From Daphnia carinata (lineage: Eukaryota), in the NCBI RefSeq assembly GCF_022539665.2, contig NC_081331.1, positions 9,300,001 to 9,364,000 on the forward strand: a stretch of DNA of 64,000 nucleotides, written 5' to 3'. Position 1 is the stretch's first letter; every line of letters starts with the position of its first letter. Below, in pieces: positions 11,794 to 25,282 of this stretch. The notes under the pieces are model-generated. The model saw only the letters and a list, made by a program, of their open reading frames with translations, did not search any database and was not told where the DNA came from. The position numbers were made by a program, and so were the translations under genes.

Positions 11794-14700
11794 ATGCCTG
11801 AAGCTGCAGCTAATTTGGAGGACTCAAACACAAAAGAGAACATGAAATCTAAAGAAGGAAATGAAAAGAAAATGAAGAAATCAGCAACGTCCAATGGACT
11901 TGGTTCATTTACAAGGGGGAAGCTGGTTTTGGCCAGAGTTAATATGCTTGATGGAACAGTAACTGACCTAAGCATTGAAGTAAGTATTTGTAACTACTCA
12001 GCGAAGGGTATGATACACATGTTACACCTCCAGTCCTATTTCATGGCATAGTGTAAAATCGCTATAAGTTTATATTTCCTGGTTTTTTACCATAACCTCA
12101 TTGCAAGTGGTGATACAGCTAGGTGCTCTGCTATTTTCTACTAAAACGAGTATGATCATCTCAATAACAAACATACTTGTCCAGAGCCATCAGTAGTTAT
12201 TGTGGCAAGATTTTTAAGCCAGTATGTAGGATTACGAAGATATTAGATCGCTGTGACATGGTCTAAAGTTCCAAGCAACCATTGTTTAAACATGAGCTCT
12301 TTCTTTTGCTTTTTAAAACTCCCGAATTCATCTAGAAAATCTACAAATAGCTTTCATTCTATTAGAAATGAAGATTTGCATCAAGTAAACTCATTTTTTA
12401 AATTTCGAAGATTTTTTCTAATATATTTAGTTAGGGTTAAAATATTACCTGGAAGTGAATGGAAGGATCAACGGTGCGAGGGAATAAGTTAATTTCGTTA
12501 ATTTATCTCAGACTACTTGTTTCACACTTTTTCATAGAGTTGTTCATGCCGGCAAGCATGAACACTAACTACCGGGGGAAAATAACGCTCTTGTAGTTAT
12601 AAATGCCATGCATCCGAGCAACAACGTCTTTAAGCTATATACCAAAAGCTTTAATATGAATCATAATTTGTACCCCAAAGACAATGAAACTTTTAGAAAA
12701 CAATGTTTTCAGTGTGATGATTGAAGGGAATTCCAGTGCATCTAAGTTCTGTTGCATACATCTAGCTGGTCCTTCTTAATCAGAATTTTTCCATATATAT
12801 TTTTTCTTGTTGTTGTTTTTAACCATCTTTATTTCCACCTTTAGAAAGGCGCTAGAGGACAAGAACTTCTTGATCGTGTATGTGAGCAAGTGGATTTGGT
12901 CGAAAAAGACTATTATGGTTTGGTATATCTTGACCAAGACAGTAATAGAAACTGGTTGGCAGCTGACAAAAAAATCTCAAAACAACTGAAAAGTATGTTT
13001 TTCTTTTTGTTTTTCATCATAGAAATTTATTTAAAAAGCCATTTATACTTTATTATGTGTTAATCAGGCCATCCTTGGGAATTCAATTTCGAAGTGAAAT
13101 TTTACCCTCCCGATCCTTCCCAGCTTCAGGAAGATATAACTCGATACCAGCTATGTCTTCAAGTTAGAAATGATATTCTGTCGGGAAAGTAAGCGTTTGT
13201 GAGCGAAAGATAAGAAAAAATAAGATAATAGCTATACTATCTTAGTGAAACATGGATTATTTTTCTTTTATTATTATTTACAGACTACCGTGCTCGTTTG
13301 TCACACATGCTTTGTTGGGATCTTACCTCGTACAATCAGAGCTTGGCGATTACGACCCCACTGAACATGGCACTGGCTCGGAGTATGTCCGTGAGTTACG
13401 TCTAGCTCCCAATCAAACGCCCGAGCTTGAGGAGAAGGTTAGCGAACTTCATCGGACGCACAAGGGGCAGACACCAGAAGAAGCCGAATTACATTATTTG
13501 GAAAATGCCAAGAAATTGGCCATGTACGGGGTAGATCTTCACCAAGCTCGAGATTCGGAAGGAGTTGATATTCTGTTAGGTGTATGTGCATCGGGATTAC
13601 TTGTCTATAAAGATAGGTAATTTATAAGTTACGAACTAGTTCAAACCAGCCAATTTAATGATTTCTGCAACTCCATTATGTTCCTAGGCTTCGCATCAAT
13701 CGATTTGCTTGGCCGAAAATTTTGAAGATATCTTACCGACGCAATGGATTTTATATCAAAATTCGTCCTGGCGAATTTGAACAGTACGAATCTACTATTG
13801 GTTTTAAATTGTCCAATCACCGGGCATCTAAAAGACTGTGGAAAGTCTGTGTTGAACATCACACCTTTTTCAGGTTAAATTAAGCGTTGCTTATTCTTGT
13901 ACTAAAAGCTGACAGAAACTTTGGAATTTCTAGACTCATGACGCCAGAACCTCCACAGAAAATTGGACTTTTCCCCCGTTTGGGTTCCAAATTTCGCTAT
14001 TCTGGTCGAACTCAGTATCAAACTCGACAGGCATCGGCATTAATTGACCGTCCTGCCCCTCAGTTTGAACGTACTCTAAGTAAACGGCAACCTGGATCGA
14101 GGAGCGTTGATGGTAATAAGTTGGTTTAGAATTCTGTTTCTTCCGGTTTTCTGATCTCTCTTTGCACGACATGCACACATAGCTGGATTAGGGAACAGCA
14201 CTGTGGTAGACAGACCGCAACGAGAAGTCAAACGAACAACCATGGCCTCTGCTCCACCCCCGCCTACTACTAAGGTTATAACTGTTTAATTTGCCTTATT
14301 CTTTCGCCGTTGTCAAATTTCGAGTTTTCTGTTTTGGAAAATCTCTATCGTGTTTTTGAATATTTTACAGCCCCTCATGGCTGAAGGCCCAGCTGAAGGA
14401 GAATGGGAAGAGGATGCCGGTCTGGGTGCGGCCGCGGCCGAACGACGAAGAGAAAAGGCTTTGGAACGTGAAAAAGCCAAGGAAAAGGAGGAAAAAGCAA
14501 CGCAACAAAAGGTAAGAAACCATTCATCTGATCAGTACATTTTAAGAACTAAGTATAAAGCTTGTTCGATTTCGAACGATTCTGATTGAGCGAAGGGAAA
14601 AGAAGGAACACGTTATAACGCGTTGATGAATAAATCACTGAGTGCGACGTGACTAGTCCTTTAGTTTTGAACATGCAAAGCTAAAGGGGATCTTTACGTT

Positions 14701-17700
14701 AAAGGAGGAACGATTAGTACGACCTCTTCCTGTTGTCCCCAATGGTGTACCAGACAGAAATACTGTTTCGCGCCAATCTTCCAATCAATCGGCGGTCAAC
14801 TTGATTCTTCCTCTTAGTGCATCTTCGCTGGAAAGGTCTCAAGCGCTAGTACAAGGTTGGGGAATTGTCACAACGATCAATTCTTTCTAATCAATCGCTC
14901 GAAAATGTTTGAAACGGTGACTTAGGAAACGACCGGGTTCGATTTGGACCTAATAAAGCGAACGAAGCTTTGGTAATGAAGGCAGGTGTCAATTCTTCCG
15001 ATGGCGTCCACTCGGACGTAAGCTCGACTGGCTATGCAAGTAGTCGCGCATTCAGCGTTGAATACAGCCCAGAATTAAACCGCCTCGTGGATGAGTTGTA
15101 CATGCTGCCCGAAACGCAGCCGGTGGAGCCGACGAAGCCAAACAGCAAAGCTGTACAGAATCAGCCTCTTTGGTCGTCCGTTCAACCCGCTCCTTTTGCT
15201 ATGATGTATAGGGAAGAGACCAGGAGAAGATCATCCAGCTCGAGATCCTCTGTTGCTGCTGGTATACCAGGCGAGAAACAAAGGATCCCTAGTGCGCTAC
15301 CAACTGAAACGTACGCCAGAAGTCGAATGGGTCGTCCAACATCGTACTTTTATTCGACACCTGGCACTCTTTTGTCCGATACAAATCCGAGTTCTAAGTA
15401 CACAAAGAGCCTTTCAGCAAGTCAAAGTGTGTCTAAATCGACAGACGAGGTACCCATTGTCGTATGGGCTTTCCGTGTCGTCCATTGTCGTCAGATGTAA
15501 GCTTCATGAAATTGAATCTTGTCCTGTCCTCGTTTACCTGTTTGCGTTTTGCTGGTTACTCGTCGCCAAAATGCTTCAAGTATTGCCGTTTTTCATGGTT
15601 TTGGGGTGATTTGCAGCCATTTATTGATCGACGTGAGGTGTTGGCAAATGTGGAGGGTGTTCGGTCCCTTTTTGTTTTGTCTAGTTTGTGTGTGTGTGTC
15701 AAATGTATGTTTCATTTTGTAATTTATTATTGTGTTTTAATAGAAACCGGTGGGTGGAGTTGCGGTGATGCCACTGGGCACTGATCTGCTATCGAAGTTT
15801 CGCAAAGATAAAACAAAAGAAGAGGGAACAACACACCAACCAGTTGCAGATGTAAGCACGAACATTTATTTTTTAATTTCATTTTTTTTTTCATTATCCA
15901 CCGTTAGTTTTGTTCCAATATCAGTTTGCGTGCTTGACAATTGCTAATTAATGTAGATCCCTAAGTAATTTGAGTAATTTTTCAGTTTCTTCATCCTAAA
16001 AATAACCTGCATTGCATTTTTTTCTCGTAGAGCTTGATTGTCACGATTGCCGTTCTGTTTTATTTATTTATTATTTTTTTTAAGAATGAATTTAACAAAT
16101 GAGAATGTTTTATAAGTTTGACTGATAATTTTTTAAAACATTATTTTCGCTAAAAACTGTCGAACAGACTGTTGCATTTTTGTGTCCCTTATGGTGTAAC
16201 CTTTGCATGTTTGTATTACGTCGTTAATTTGAATCCGTAGCAACGCGAAGTGTTGGTCAAAACGACCAGCCGTAGGATCGGCAGTGACGAAGAATCCGGC
16301 GTTTCCGCATCAGAAGGATTGCCAACGACTACTACGTCCCCTGGTTTCACTCGCTCTTACACGTATAATGCCACTGAAGACTCCGGCACGAAGCGACGGT
16401 TTGAACCGCAGAGCCTTGGTTTTCGGTATGATGGCCAACCTTCTGTGGGTGCTCAACAACCCAATAGTCCGACTGGTACTCAATTTTGTTTTCATGTATA
16501 GTCATTATTTTTCGCTAATAGCATCTTCTTCTTTTATAGGTAGTAGCAGTTCAGGGAAGAAAAACGTCGGACTGGCTTTTAGTTACGTTGCAGGAGACGA
16601 GGAAAAGTTAGCTGACGCAAGCCGTATATTGAAAAACACGTCCCCGCGAGGTGACAACTTGTCAAGATCGTATGACAAAACAGAGAAAGACACCAAACAG
16701 GGCCATATTGACTATGTCGAGTCGGCCTACTTGAAGGACAAGGATACCGAGCAGCTCTCGGCTTACGGTATGTTTTTGTATCACGCATGAGACAGAGAGA
16801 GATAATTAACATTTTGTTCAATAGACGAAGGTCGTTTGCCAAAAATCGGCAATCAAAGGGAAGATCGAACCACCAAAACTGCTGACTCCGGCAGTGATGG
16901 TGATAATTCGAGCTTAGAAGAATCTGTTGAAGAACACAAGCAGCCACAAACGGAAGAAATTATGAATGCTGAATTAGCTGCTAGGGTAAATCTCTTTCGT
17001 GTATTCCTCATGGAGAACACATTTTCAATAACAATTATCTATATTTGATCATTTGTTTGTAGGAAAGAGCACAGAAAGCAGCTTTCCTTGGCGGAACTAG
17101 CGCAGCATTATCTGCAACTCAAGCCCCGAAAATCGTGAAAACTACAACAAAACAAACTCTCGTTCAGAACGCCGACGGATTACGACACAACAAGGAAGAA
17201 AAAGTCGAAGATTTGACTCCAGGCGGTTCCGGGGCCGTCACCGTTGTATCTTCAGTCAATAAAGTATTACCGTTCTGTTAGCACTAAAATGATAATTTTT
17301 TTTTTTTTACCTAGGTGACTACGGTCCTTTAGTAATTAGCATTGTTATTTTTTTGCGCACGTTAGAATTTACTGCATGAATGCACCCTTGCTTTTTTCGT
17401 GTTGCTGCATTCGTTATATATCCGTATATTTTTTAAAATTTAGTTACGTTTATTTATAATTAATTTTTTTTCAAATAGTATTTAGACCCGCATGTATTTA
17501 CGTATTCTATATTGTGTTGTTTTTGTTTTTTTAAAGGCTGATTTACCTGACGAACTTTCCTCTGGAAGTCATGCACATAATGTCCCACATGTTAAAGCAA
17601 CCCAGGTTACGACACGGACAGCGTTGACCAAAGAAGACAAAGAGACCAATTCCACCACTTCGCAAATTGAAGAAAAGACTTTTACTGCAACCACCATGAC

Positions 17701-18859
17701 AACTGGTCATCGCCAAGAACAACGTGTAGTAACGCAAGAAGTGCGGACGGCTACCATTCTGACCAGCGCTGAACCGAATCAGGTACGAATTCCACATATT
17801 TTTTGCATTTTCTCGTCTTGTTCGGGATTCTTCATTATTTTCCCTACTGGAAAAGGTAATTTAGAAACAGAAAATTGTGGAGTAACCCAAACCCCACTCC
17901 CATCAAGCTTCTCCACGAATCAATTCATGCTTTCACTGCCTGATTGATTTTTAACTAAAAAATTGAATTGTACCTTCCTTAAGCATTTGTTATCGTGTAG
18001 ATTAGTCCCATTGCATCTTGCCCTGATTTAGTTGATCCTAGTACATCCACCTTTCTTTGTTTCGCAATTTACGGCAAAATTGAAAGCTAACACCTGATTG
18101 TATTGAACATTCTGGTTAACCGTCTCCAGATAACCGCACGCCGCATGAGTGTTCATAGCACGAGTTCAGAAGATTCTGGTACAGCAGTTGACGGTGACCA
18201 GGTTTGATTCTGTCCATTTAACATTTATTAAGTGGCATTCCTTCTGTAGTATTTTCATCTTGCCCTTTTTCGTGTTTCAGGAGCCACCGATTGTTAAAAC
18301 AGAGACGGTCAAGTACGATCCGTCGTCCTTTTCTCCTGTTGCTGCACCGAAGACAAGCTCATCTTACCCTTTCGTTCCTACCGAAACACGTACTATGGGT
18401 AGCGCAGGCCACGTTAGCCACGATGAAGAAGACACCAAAGGCTCGTCAGTTGTGACAACGTTGATGGAACAACAAGGAGAAGTAATCACCACTCAAAACA
18501 TAACTTCAAAGACACGCACCGTGGAGACAGTCACGGTAAGAATAGACGCCTTTTCGCACGATCAGAGATAAAATTTTTATGGTATCTATGTTTTTCTCCA
18601 CTGTATAGTATAAAAAAGAACATGACGGTTTGGTTGAAACTCGGGTCGAGCAAAAGATCACCATTCAGAGCGACGGGGATCCGATTGATCATGATCGGGC
18701 TCTAGCAGAAGCAATCCAGGTGCGTGGTAGATAATATTTAATTAAAAACAATAACAACTATGTAATTATTGATCAATCTTATTTTAGGAGGCCACTGCTA
18801 TGAACCCGGATATGACTGTAGAAAAGATAGAAATTCAACAACAAGCACTACCACAGTAG
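11794..18859 (+). CDS. cora: Protein 4.1 homolog (coracle): FERM, FERM-adjacent and 4.1 C-terminal domains; ~20 exons, middle exons probably alternative
   Basis: FERM motifs [57 protein letters not shown] domain [15 protein letters not shown]-terminus [51 protein letters not shown]. Confidence 0.93.
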
Positions 18860-19504
18860 ATTCGGTTCGCACACGACGTTGTGCTGCTTCTTTTCAATCC
18901 TCGTATCGAATAGACCATTTTTTTATTATTATTATTATTTTATGGAAATTAATCACATTATACCTACCAATAAAGCTTGAGGGTTACTTCGCACTGAAAT
19001 ATTTTGTGGGTAATCTGTTTTCACAACTAATTTTATGTAAATGTTAGGGTGGGTGGTTGTTTCCTCGCAAGAGTATTTTAGAAAGCAGAAAAGATATCGA
19101 TCGACCAAATAAATTTAGAACAAGGTCATACCCAACTTTTATTTGATTGCCAACGTCTGAACCCCCAATGATACAGTCGTTTCAGTTGTCATCGGTTTCT
19201 AATTTTCATCGATGTAACCACCCATTCATTCATTTTGTAAGTTTCAATTAAAAATACTACGGCTACAAGTTTCAATATCATTTTGCTTGTCCAGATTGTG
19301 GTTCTCTTTGGAGACAAGGGAATGCTGAAACATATTTGTATTCATCACCTAAGACATTGCAGTTCATGACTTTGGGCAGGCATTCTGAACGCAAAACAGC
19401 TTATAGAATTTGAATTCATTTCACGCGCCTTGTTTTCCACTTTCATTTATTTACTTCATATGTAATAACTAATCCAAAACATCTTTCTCCTTCAATGACG
19501 TTTT

Positions 19505-21062
19505 TCATTTACACCGTAAAACCACGAATCTGTCAACACCGAAGCAATCCTTACGCACACTGAAACCAGCATAGCTGCCACAGTCTTGAGAAATTAACTG
19601 AATCATTTTCGTTTGTCTTGGATCAATTTCGAGAACAATAAACGCGCCCCCTCTGAAAAAAAATTTGGATGGCATGAATTCTAAAAGCATGTTTCACAAA
19701 TACAGACAGTTGCATACCTAAGCCATTTTGGCGAGTTGCGAATAATTGTTTCGATTAGCCGAGTTCCATCAGGCCCGCCATCCAAGGCTAGGTGGTCTTC
19801 ATATCTGAGATTAAAGAATTCAAATTGCTATGAGAACCTTGTTTTGCGTAAATAGCATATCTACCGAAAAACTTCAGGTTGCAGACCGGAGATTTCGGCC
19901 GTGGGAATGTAAGGTGGATTTGACACAAGAATGTCAAATTTTTGGGAATCAGCAGGGCTGAATACATGTATTACACCATCGTCTTCTAATTTTGCAATAG
20001 AAAACGAGGCACGATCTGCAAGTCCCAACAGTTCGGAATTCAATCGAGATAGGGAGACGGCTAGTGAACACCCAATCATTGTAGGACTTATCAATGGTGG
20101 TTATAGATTTCAATCGTACCTGCGGGGTTTGCGTCTATCGCTGTGCAGCGCAACTTATGAATGATGGCAAAGAACCAGTAATGAAATTTAAATGTTGTTT
20201 AACATATATGTATACATTTTATACCTTGTCATGCTTACTGAGCAATGCAAGACTGATGGCACCAGAACCACAGCCTATTTCGAAACAAGACGGATCACGA
20301 AGACTTCCCTCTTCAGGCGTTAGGTGCTGAACCAATTCAGACGCGATTGTAACAAGATCTTCTGTTTCAGGCCTAGGTATAAAAACAGATGGGGAATGGG
20401 ACATCTTCATTGTTAACCCACAAAAATCCCACTCTCCAATGACATATTGTACAGGCATTCTTTTAAGCCTTAGTTCAGTGTTCACTAGTAGCCTATGGTA
20501 TTCATCATCTGTTAAGATCTGGTTTCTCATTGTATCAAGACGACTCACCTAATGCCGGAAAAAAAAAGTATACGTATATGTAATCATTCAAGAGTGCGGC
20601 AAAAACAATGCCAATATTTTTCTTTTTTAGAGCAACACAGCTTTACTAAATTTGTGTTCTTTGTTATGGTTTTACATATCCAATATCTACTAGTATAGAA
20701 CAGAACTAATCCCATTTAGACTTCACAAATATTGCTATGATTTAGCAATATACAATAATAACTGTTTGAAAAAATAAATAAAATTCTTTTAGTGTTATTG
20801 AACAGGCCATATATGTTACATTTCTTAGTCCAAGGATACTGCATATGATGTGTTTAATTGAGCTCTCAGCTTCTGGAACTTGGTTTTCATCAAACTTCTT
20901 TGTCCAGCATTGAATCAAATGCTTCACAGCCTTTTCCGATGTGTGCCTATAAATGGAGTAGTTTCTGAGTGCTCACATTTTTTTTTAGTGAATGCATCTT
21001 TTATACCTATTCAAAGCACTGGTATGTATCCGCGAGAGCATCGCTCGATACCAAAGAATCAT
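19505..21062 (-). CDS. HEMK1: HemK/PrmC-family release-factor glutamine methyltransferase (HemK1, mitochondrial type)
   Basis: Spliced product starts MILWYRAMLSRIHTSALNRHTSEKAVKHLIQCW. Motifs RMPVQYVIGEWDFCG, VFIPRPETE, EIGCGSGAISLALL, LVSNPPYIP, LALDGGPDG, KDCFGVDRFV. Includes a 34-nt exon at 20120-20153 (LRCTAIDANPA). Confidence 0.92.
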
Positions 21063-21710
21063 TCTACTTTAAATGAGATGTTTCCAACACTTTAATTTAC
21101 TAAGGCAACAGAAAACTAGACTCGTCCGTTTTCAAGATTTGTCTCACTTATACCGACACACAAACATAGGTACAACATCAGCGAGTTCACTTGGCTAGCC
21201 CCACCGTATTAAGGCCTCCTCTACGGTTAAGGCGAGTACGATTCAACATTTTCAATGACTGCGAGATGTTTCCCGGCCAGAGAACGAGCCAATAAGAAGA
21301 TAATCTGGTCTCAATCGTCACGACAGTAGAGTACGATGTTTTAAACAACTCGATCTCGTTCAGCTGCCATGGCGCTACCAGTGAAAGTACACTGTCAACA
21401 TAGTGGGAAAAAGCAGACGGAGTATCTAGGCGTTGCCGTCATTTAAACCTTTATTTATTTCCATAATCACTCGCTATTTTTTTTGTGTTTATCAGAAATC
21501 GTGTACATGTATTACCTTTAAAATTTTTGGTTTATTTTAAGGATTACCGTTAACTAATGAATGTACGTTTTCATAATTATAGTTGGGTGTTAAATTTCTA
21601 GAGAAGAATCGGAGTAAAAGTCGGGGTAAATACAGTAGAAAACGTTGTAATCGGGCACGTAACCGGGTTTTGCCAATTGCAACCCTTTGTATTTTTTTAT
21701 ATCCCCGGTT

Positions 21711-23072
21711 CAACATGGTCTCACTACATATGTACTAAGTAGTACATAGTTGCAGATGCACTTTTTCTTATGGAGTAAATGATAAACGCGCAGGGCGTTA
21801 GTCAATTTTTTTTTTTTTTCTAATATTGTCTGCTTGGAGCTTTTCCACGCAGAAGTCGCGATAAAACGTGGTTTTCCATGCGGAATGTGGAAAAAGACAC
21901 CTAAAATTGTAAATTAAATGAGAACCCATGAAATAAATTTATTTAAATTATCTTAGTTAATTTTTAATATAAGACGGAATGCTGAAATTTTCTAGACACA
22001 AACAAAATGTAAATATGTACTTATAATTAAAATTTTTTACACTTATTTACACTTTTTAAAATTTGAACTTGGCGCGGTAAAAAAATGGCCGCCATAATGG
22101 TTTATCAAAAGCCACTTTTTCAAACGTAATTTTTGGGGTTAAATAGCATCTTAAAAGTAAACGTTTAGAATAACTTGTTCCTGGAATCACCAGGAACAAA
22201 AATATTATAATGGTTTCCTGTTTTGACGAAGATTAAGCGTCAAACAATCAATGCAAAGTTTCGTCTTTTTCACACATCCCCTCCCCTTTCTAAAATCATG
22301 AAATCCTTTAATAATTATTTATGAAGAAAATAAACAGTCAAAATTGACAAATTTTTGCATCAATCGATAGCTCTTACCAAGAGCTATCTAATTCTATGAA
22401 ATTTATGTTAAATTTTCAGAAAAGGAAAAAGTTTAAGTGTAACATATTTTTTTGTTTTTATCAGTTGCGTTCATTAGAATCTTGGATCGAAAAACAACAA
22501 AAACACATTTTGCCTTTAAGATTTTTTCCCTTTGAAAATGTTGACAACAATTACACAAAAAATAGATAGCCCTTACCAAGGGCTATTTACTATAATTAAT
22601 CAACTATTTATTGTAATTTATTTAACTGACAAATAATAAAAAAATTGTTTCTTTTATATTCTTTTATTTCAATTGCCACACCAATTGTATACATATTCAT
22701 TATATAAGCAGAAAATATGTATAATGTATATTATATTATTGTATGTATTATAGTATTGTATATATATATAATAGTATCGTACATATATAAATATCTATAT
22801 ATAATTGTAACATATATATTAGTATTTATATTGTACATATTAACTCATTGGAAAAATTTACATCAACCGAATTCATTTTATTCGCTTCGAAAAAATCTAA
22901 AAGACATGCGCTACACGCATTATTGTTTAACTGGTTTAACTTTAGTGGTTTAACCACTAAAGCAACCAAATCAAGGCCCTAATGGCGGCAACGCACACTT
23001 TCTCCATATAGAAAACTGTAGGCGCGATTATGTACTAAGTAGTAGACTACATATTGCCTCGCGACCAGCCTG
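21711..23072 (+). mobile_element. Non-autonomous DNA transposon family A, copy 1 (hAT-like)
   Basis: Near-identical in reverse complement to 40631-41997 over ~1.36 kb. Imperfect TIRs CAACATGGTCTCAC / CAGGCTGGTCGCGA with subterminal TATGTACTAAGTAGTAC motifs. No TSD visible at this copy. Confidence 0.85.
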
Positions 23073-25118
23073 ACTCCGAAACCCTAAAGAACCGCACTGA
23101 AATCCAACTGATCGGACTATTGTCCTATTGAAGCGGGCACGAATCCTACCCATAGTATTACGCGAAATTCAAATAATTATTATCGGGAGTGCTTGAAGCT
23201 CAACACGCATAATTTAGATATATTTTTGCAAAACGTAAAAAAAAAACTAATAAAACTAAAAACAAAACAAAAATTAAATGAAAAAAAAATGTTTCGAAGT
23301 TTTGTTCTCCACCCATGTACTTTACCCAATATAGACATAAAGAAGAAAAAAAGGAAATCTAGCAGTTTTTATCCCTGTTATTCGTAGGAAAAGCAGATGG
23401 CACGAGAATAGATAGTGCTCTGATTTTTAGTTTCATCTGCTTGCACTAGAATCCAAAATTGTGTACTTAAGAATGGCTTCAGTTTGGAAGAGCCCTCTAT
23501 ATGTTACCACAAGATAATCCAACTGAAGAGCTTAAAATAAAACTTTTATTGTTTTACCGGCACACTAATTAATACTGTTTGTTTGCCTTTGTTCCATTTT
23601 CGAGGAGCATGACTGTACACACTTCGAAGACCTGATTCAACATGTAGGGGAAAACCCTGCGCGGATGTCGTACGTCAAATACCGCCCTCTGTGGAAGTTC
23701 AGAAAGAAACTTCCGACAGCAAAATAAATGCACTTTACTCATTACACGATGACATGCAACTGTTGAAAGATATCAGTTGCAGAAAATCAAGGATTTTGCG
23801 TAGAAAATAGTCCTCTGATTCATTATTAAACGTTGCTGTGGACGGAGATGATACTTCAAACATCAACAACGTGAAATAAACAAACAATAATTTCCGAAAT
23901 TTTGCCAACCCAGCAAAGGTTTAGCCTTTGAATTCTCTCGATTGTTTTTTTTACCTCGAACACGTTTTTCTGGGTCGGTTTCGAACTGATGAAAAGGGTC
24001 ACATTGTACCGCATTGTTTTGCTAACAAACTTCATGGGTTAGAATAGTTGCAGTGGATGGTGTGTAGATTGGGCGAGTGGACTTTCAGTCGGATGTTGAC
24101 GATTCCTTCTCGCGATCGTTTAGGTTCGTAATAACATTCTCGGTGACTTCTGGCCTAAAGGAATTTCTTTTAGGATTGGCAACTCACTTCTTTATAAAAA
24201 AATGCCGATCTATCAACAATTATTTTGTGAATGAATCCTGTGTCGCTGGTGGGTAAGTACATCAGAAACTATCGCAGAAACTGTTTTCTTTCAGAGTTTT
24301 CAAAAGTCTGATGTTAAGCAACTTTTGTATCAGTAGTTTAAAAGTTAACGAAAACCATATATCTTAAAGGGTCAAAATTTCAGCCTAGACCACATTTTCG
24401 AAATTTTTTTTTGCTATCCCAACCCTGGATTTTGGGTTTGTTTGTTTGTTTAACTGAAGGGGAAAATACGTAATAACTGCCAAAAAATAGATATGATAGC
24501 TTGCAGAAAACAATGAAAACATAATTAAACATACCAAATATAGTTTTTTCTAAAAATAAACAATTATTGAAGAAAAGATTTTTTGCACGTTTACTCTGCA
24601 TTGTCCTTAAAAACAAGACCTACCTGCTCCTTTACACCCAATGAGTCACTTGTTCACGTCTACCGAGAATTGATCACGACTTGTACGTATTTTCTGGAAA
24701 ACGGATCGGAATAAGAATATTGTTTTTGGAATACTCTTTTTTTTCTAAAAACAGCTCTTGCGCACGCCTACGTCACAGGTCATGAAAGATAATCATGATT
24801 TCATGTAAGCAAGGGCTATTTTCCCATGTTTTGCAAGATTTTCACTTGTCAATTTAGTGGCAAATGGCAGAATTTTGTACTACATCGCATGGCTTAGAAC
24901 GATACCACCAGGACTGGTGCTCTCAACTTTGATTGGTTCCCTGAATTAGTATTACACTAGTAACTTTGGGCCCGTCCAGAGCCGGGGAATAGGTGGCGCT
25001 AGCGTATTTTAACGCTATTTTTCAGAAAATCGATTCATGCCATTTTTTCTCGCGTCTACTTTAAATTTTTTTTCGCGTCTACTTTAAATTTTTTTTCGCA
25101 ATCGGGTTTCCCTGTTTT

Positions 25119-25282
25119 GCCCGCCGACCCACTCATTGTTTTTGCCCGTCCACCCCCTCACTTTCTCTGCCCGTCAAGATACCAGCTGAAGTTGCCCGTC
25201 GACCCCCTCCCTGTCCGTCAAACCACCCTCTGCCCGTCAACCCACTCTCTGGCCGTTAACCCACTGCCCGTTAACCCGCACC
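25119..25282. repeat. Array of ~8 GCCCGTYRACCC-like motifs
   Basis: GCCCGCCGACCC, GCCCGTCCACCC, GCCCGTCAAG, GCCCGTCGACCC, GTCCGTCAAACC, GCCCGTCAACCC, GGCCGTTAACCC, GCCCGTTAACCC at 15-25 bp spacing; preceded by a duplicated TCGCGTCTACTTTAAATTTTTTT. Confidence 0.75.

Noticed and set aside
12540..12575. Hairpin TGTTCATGC...GCATGAACA (and GCTCGTAAACGAGC at ~25904) as a Helitron 3' end
   Set aside because: No canonical CTRR terminus at the expected distance and no second copy in the window.
22717..22953. Ile/Tyr-rich ORFs here and at 40817-41069 as membrane proteins
   Set aside because: They are translations of the AT microsatellite inside family A.
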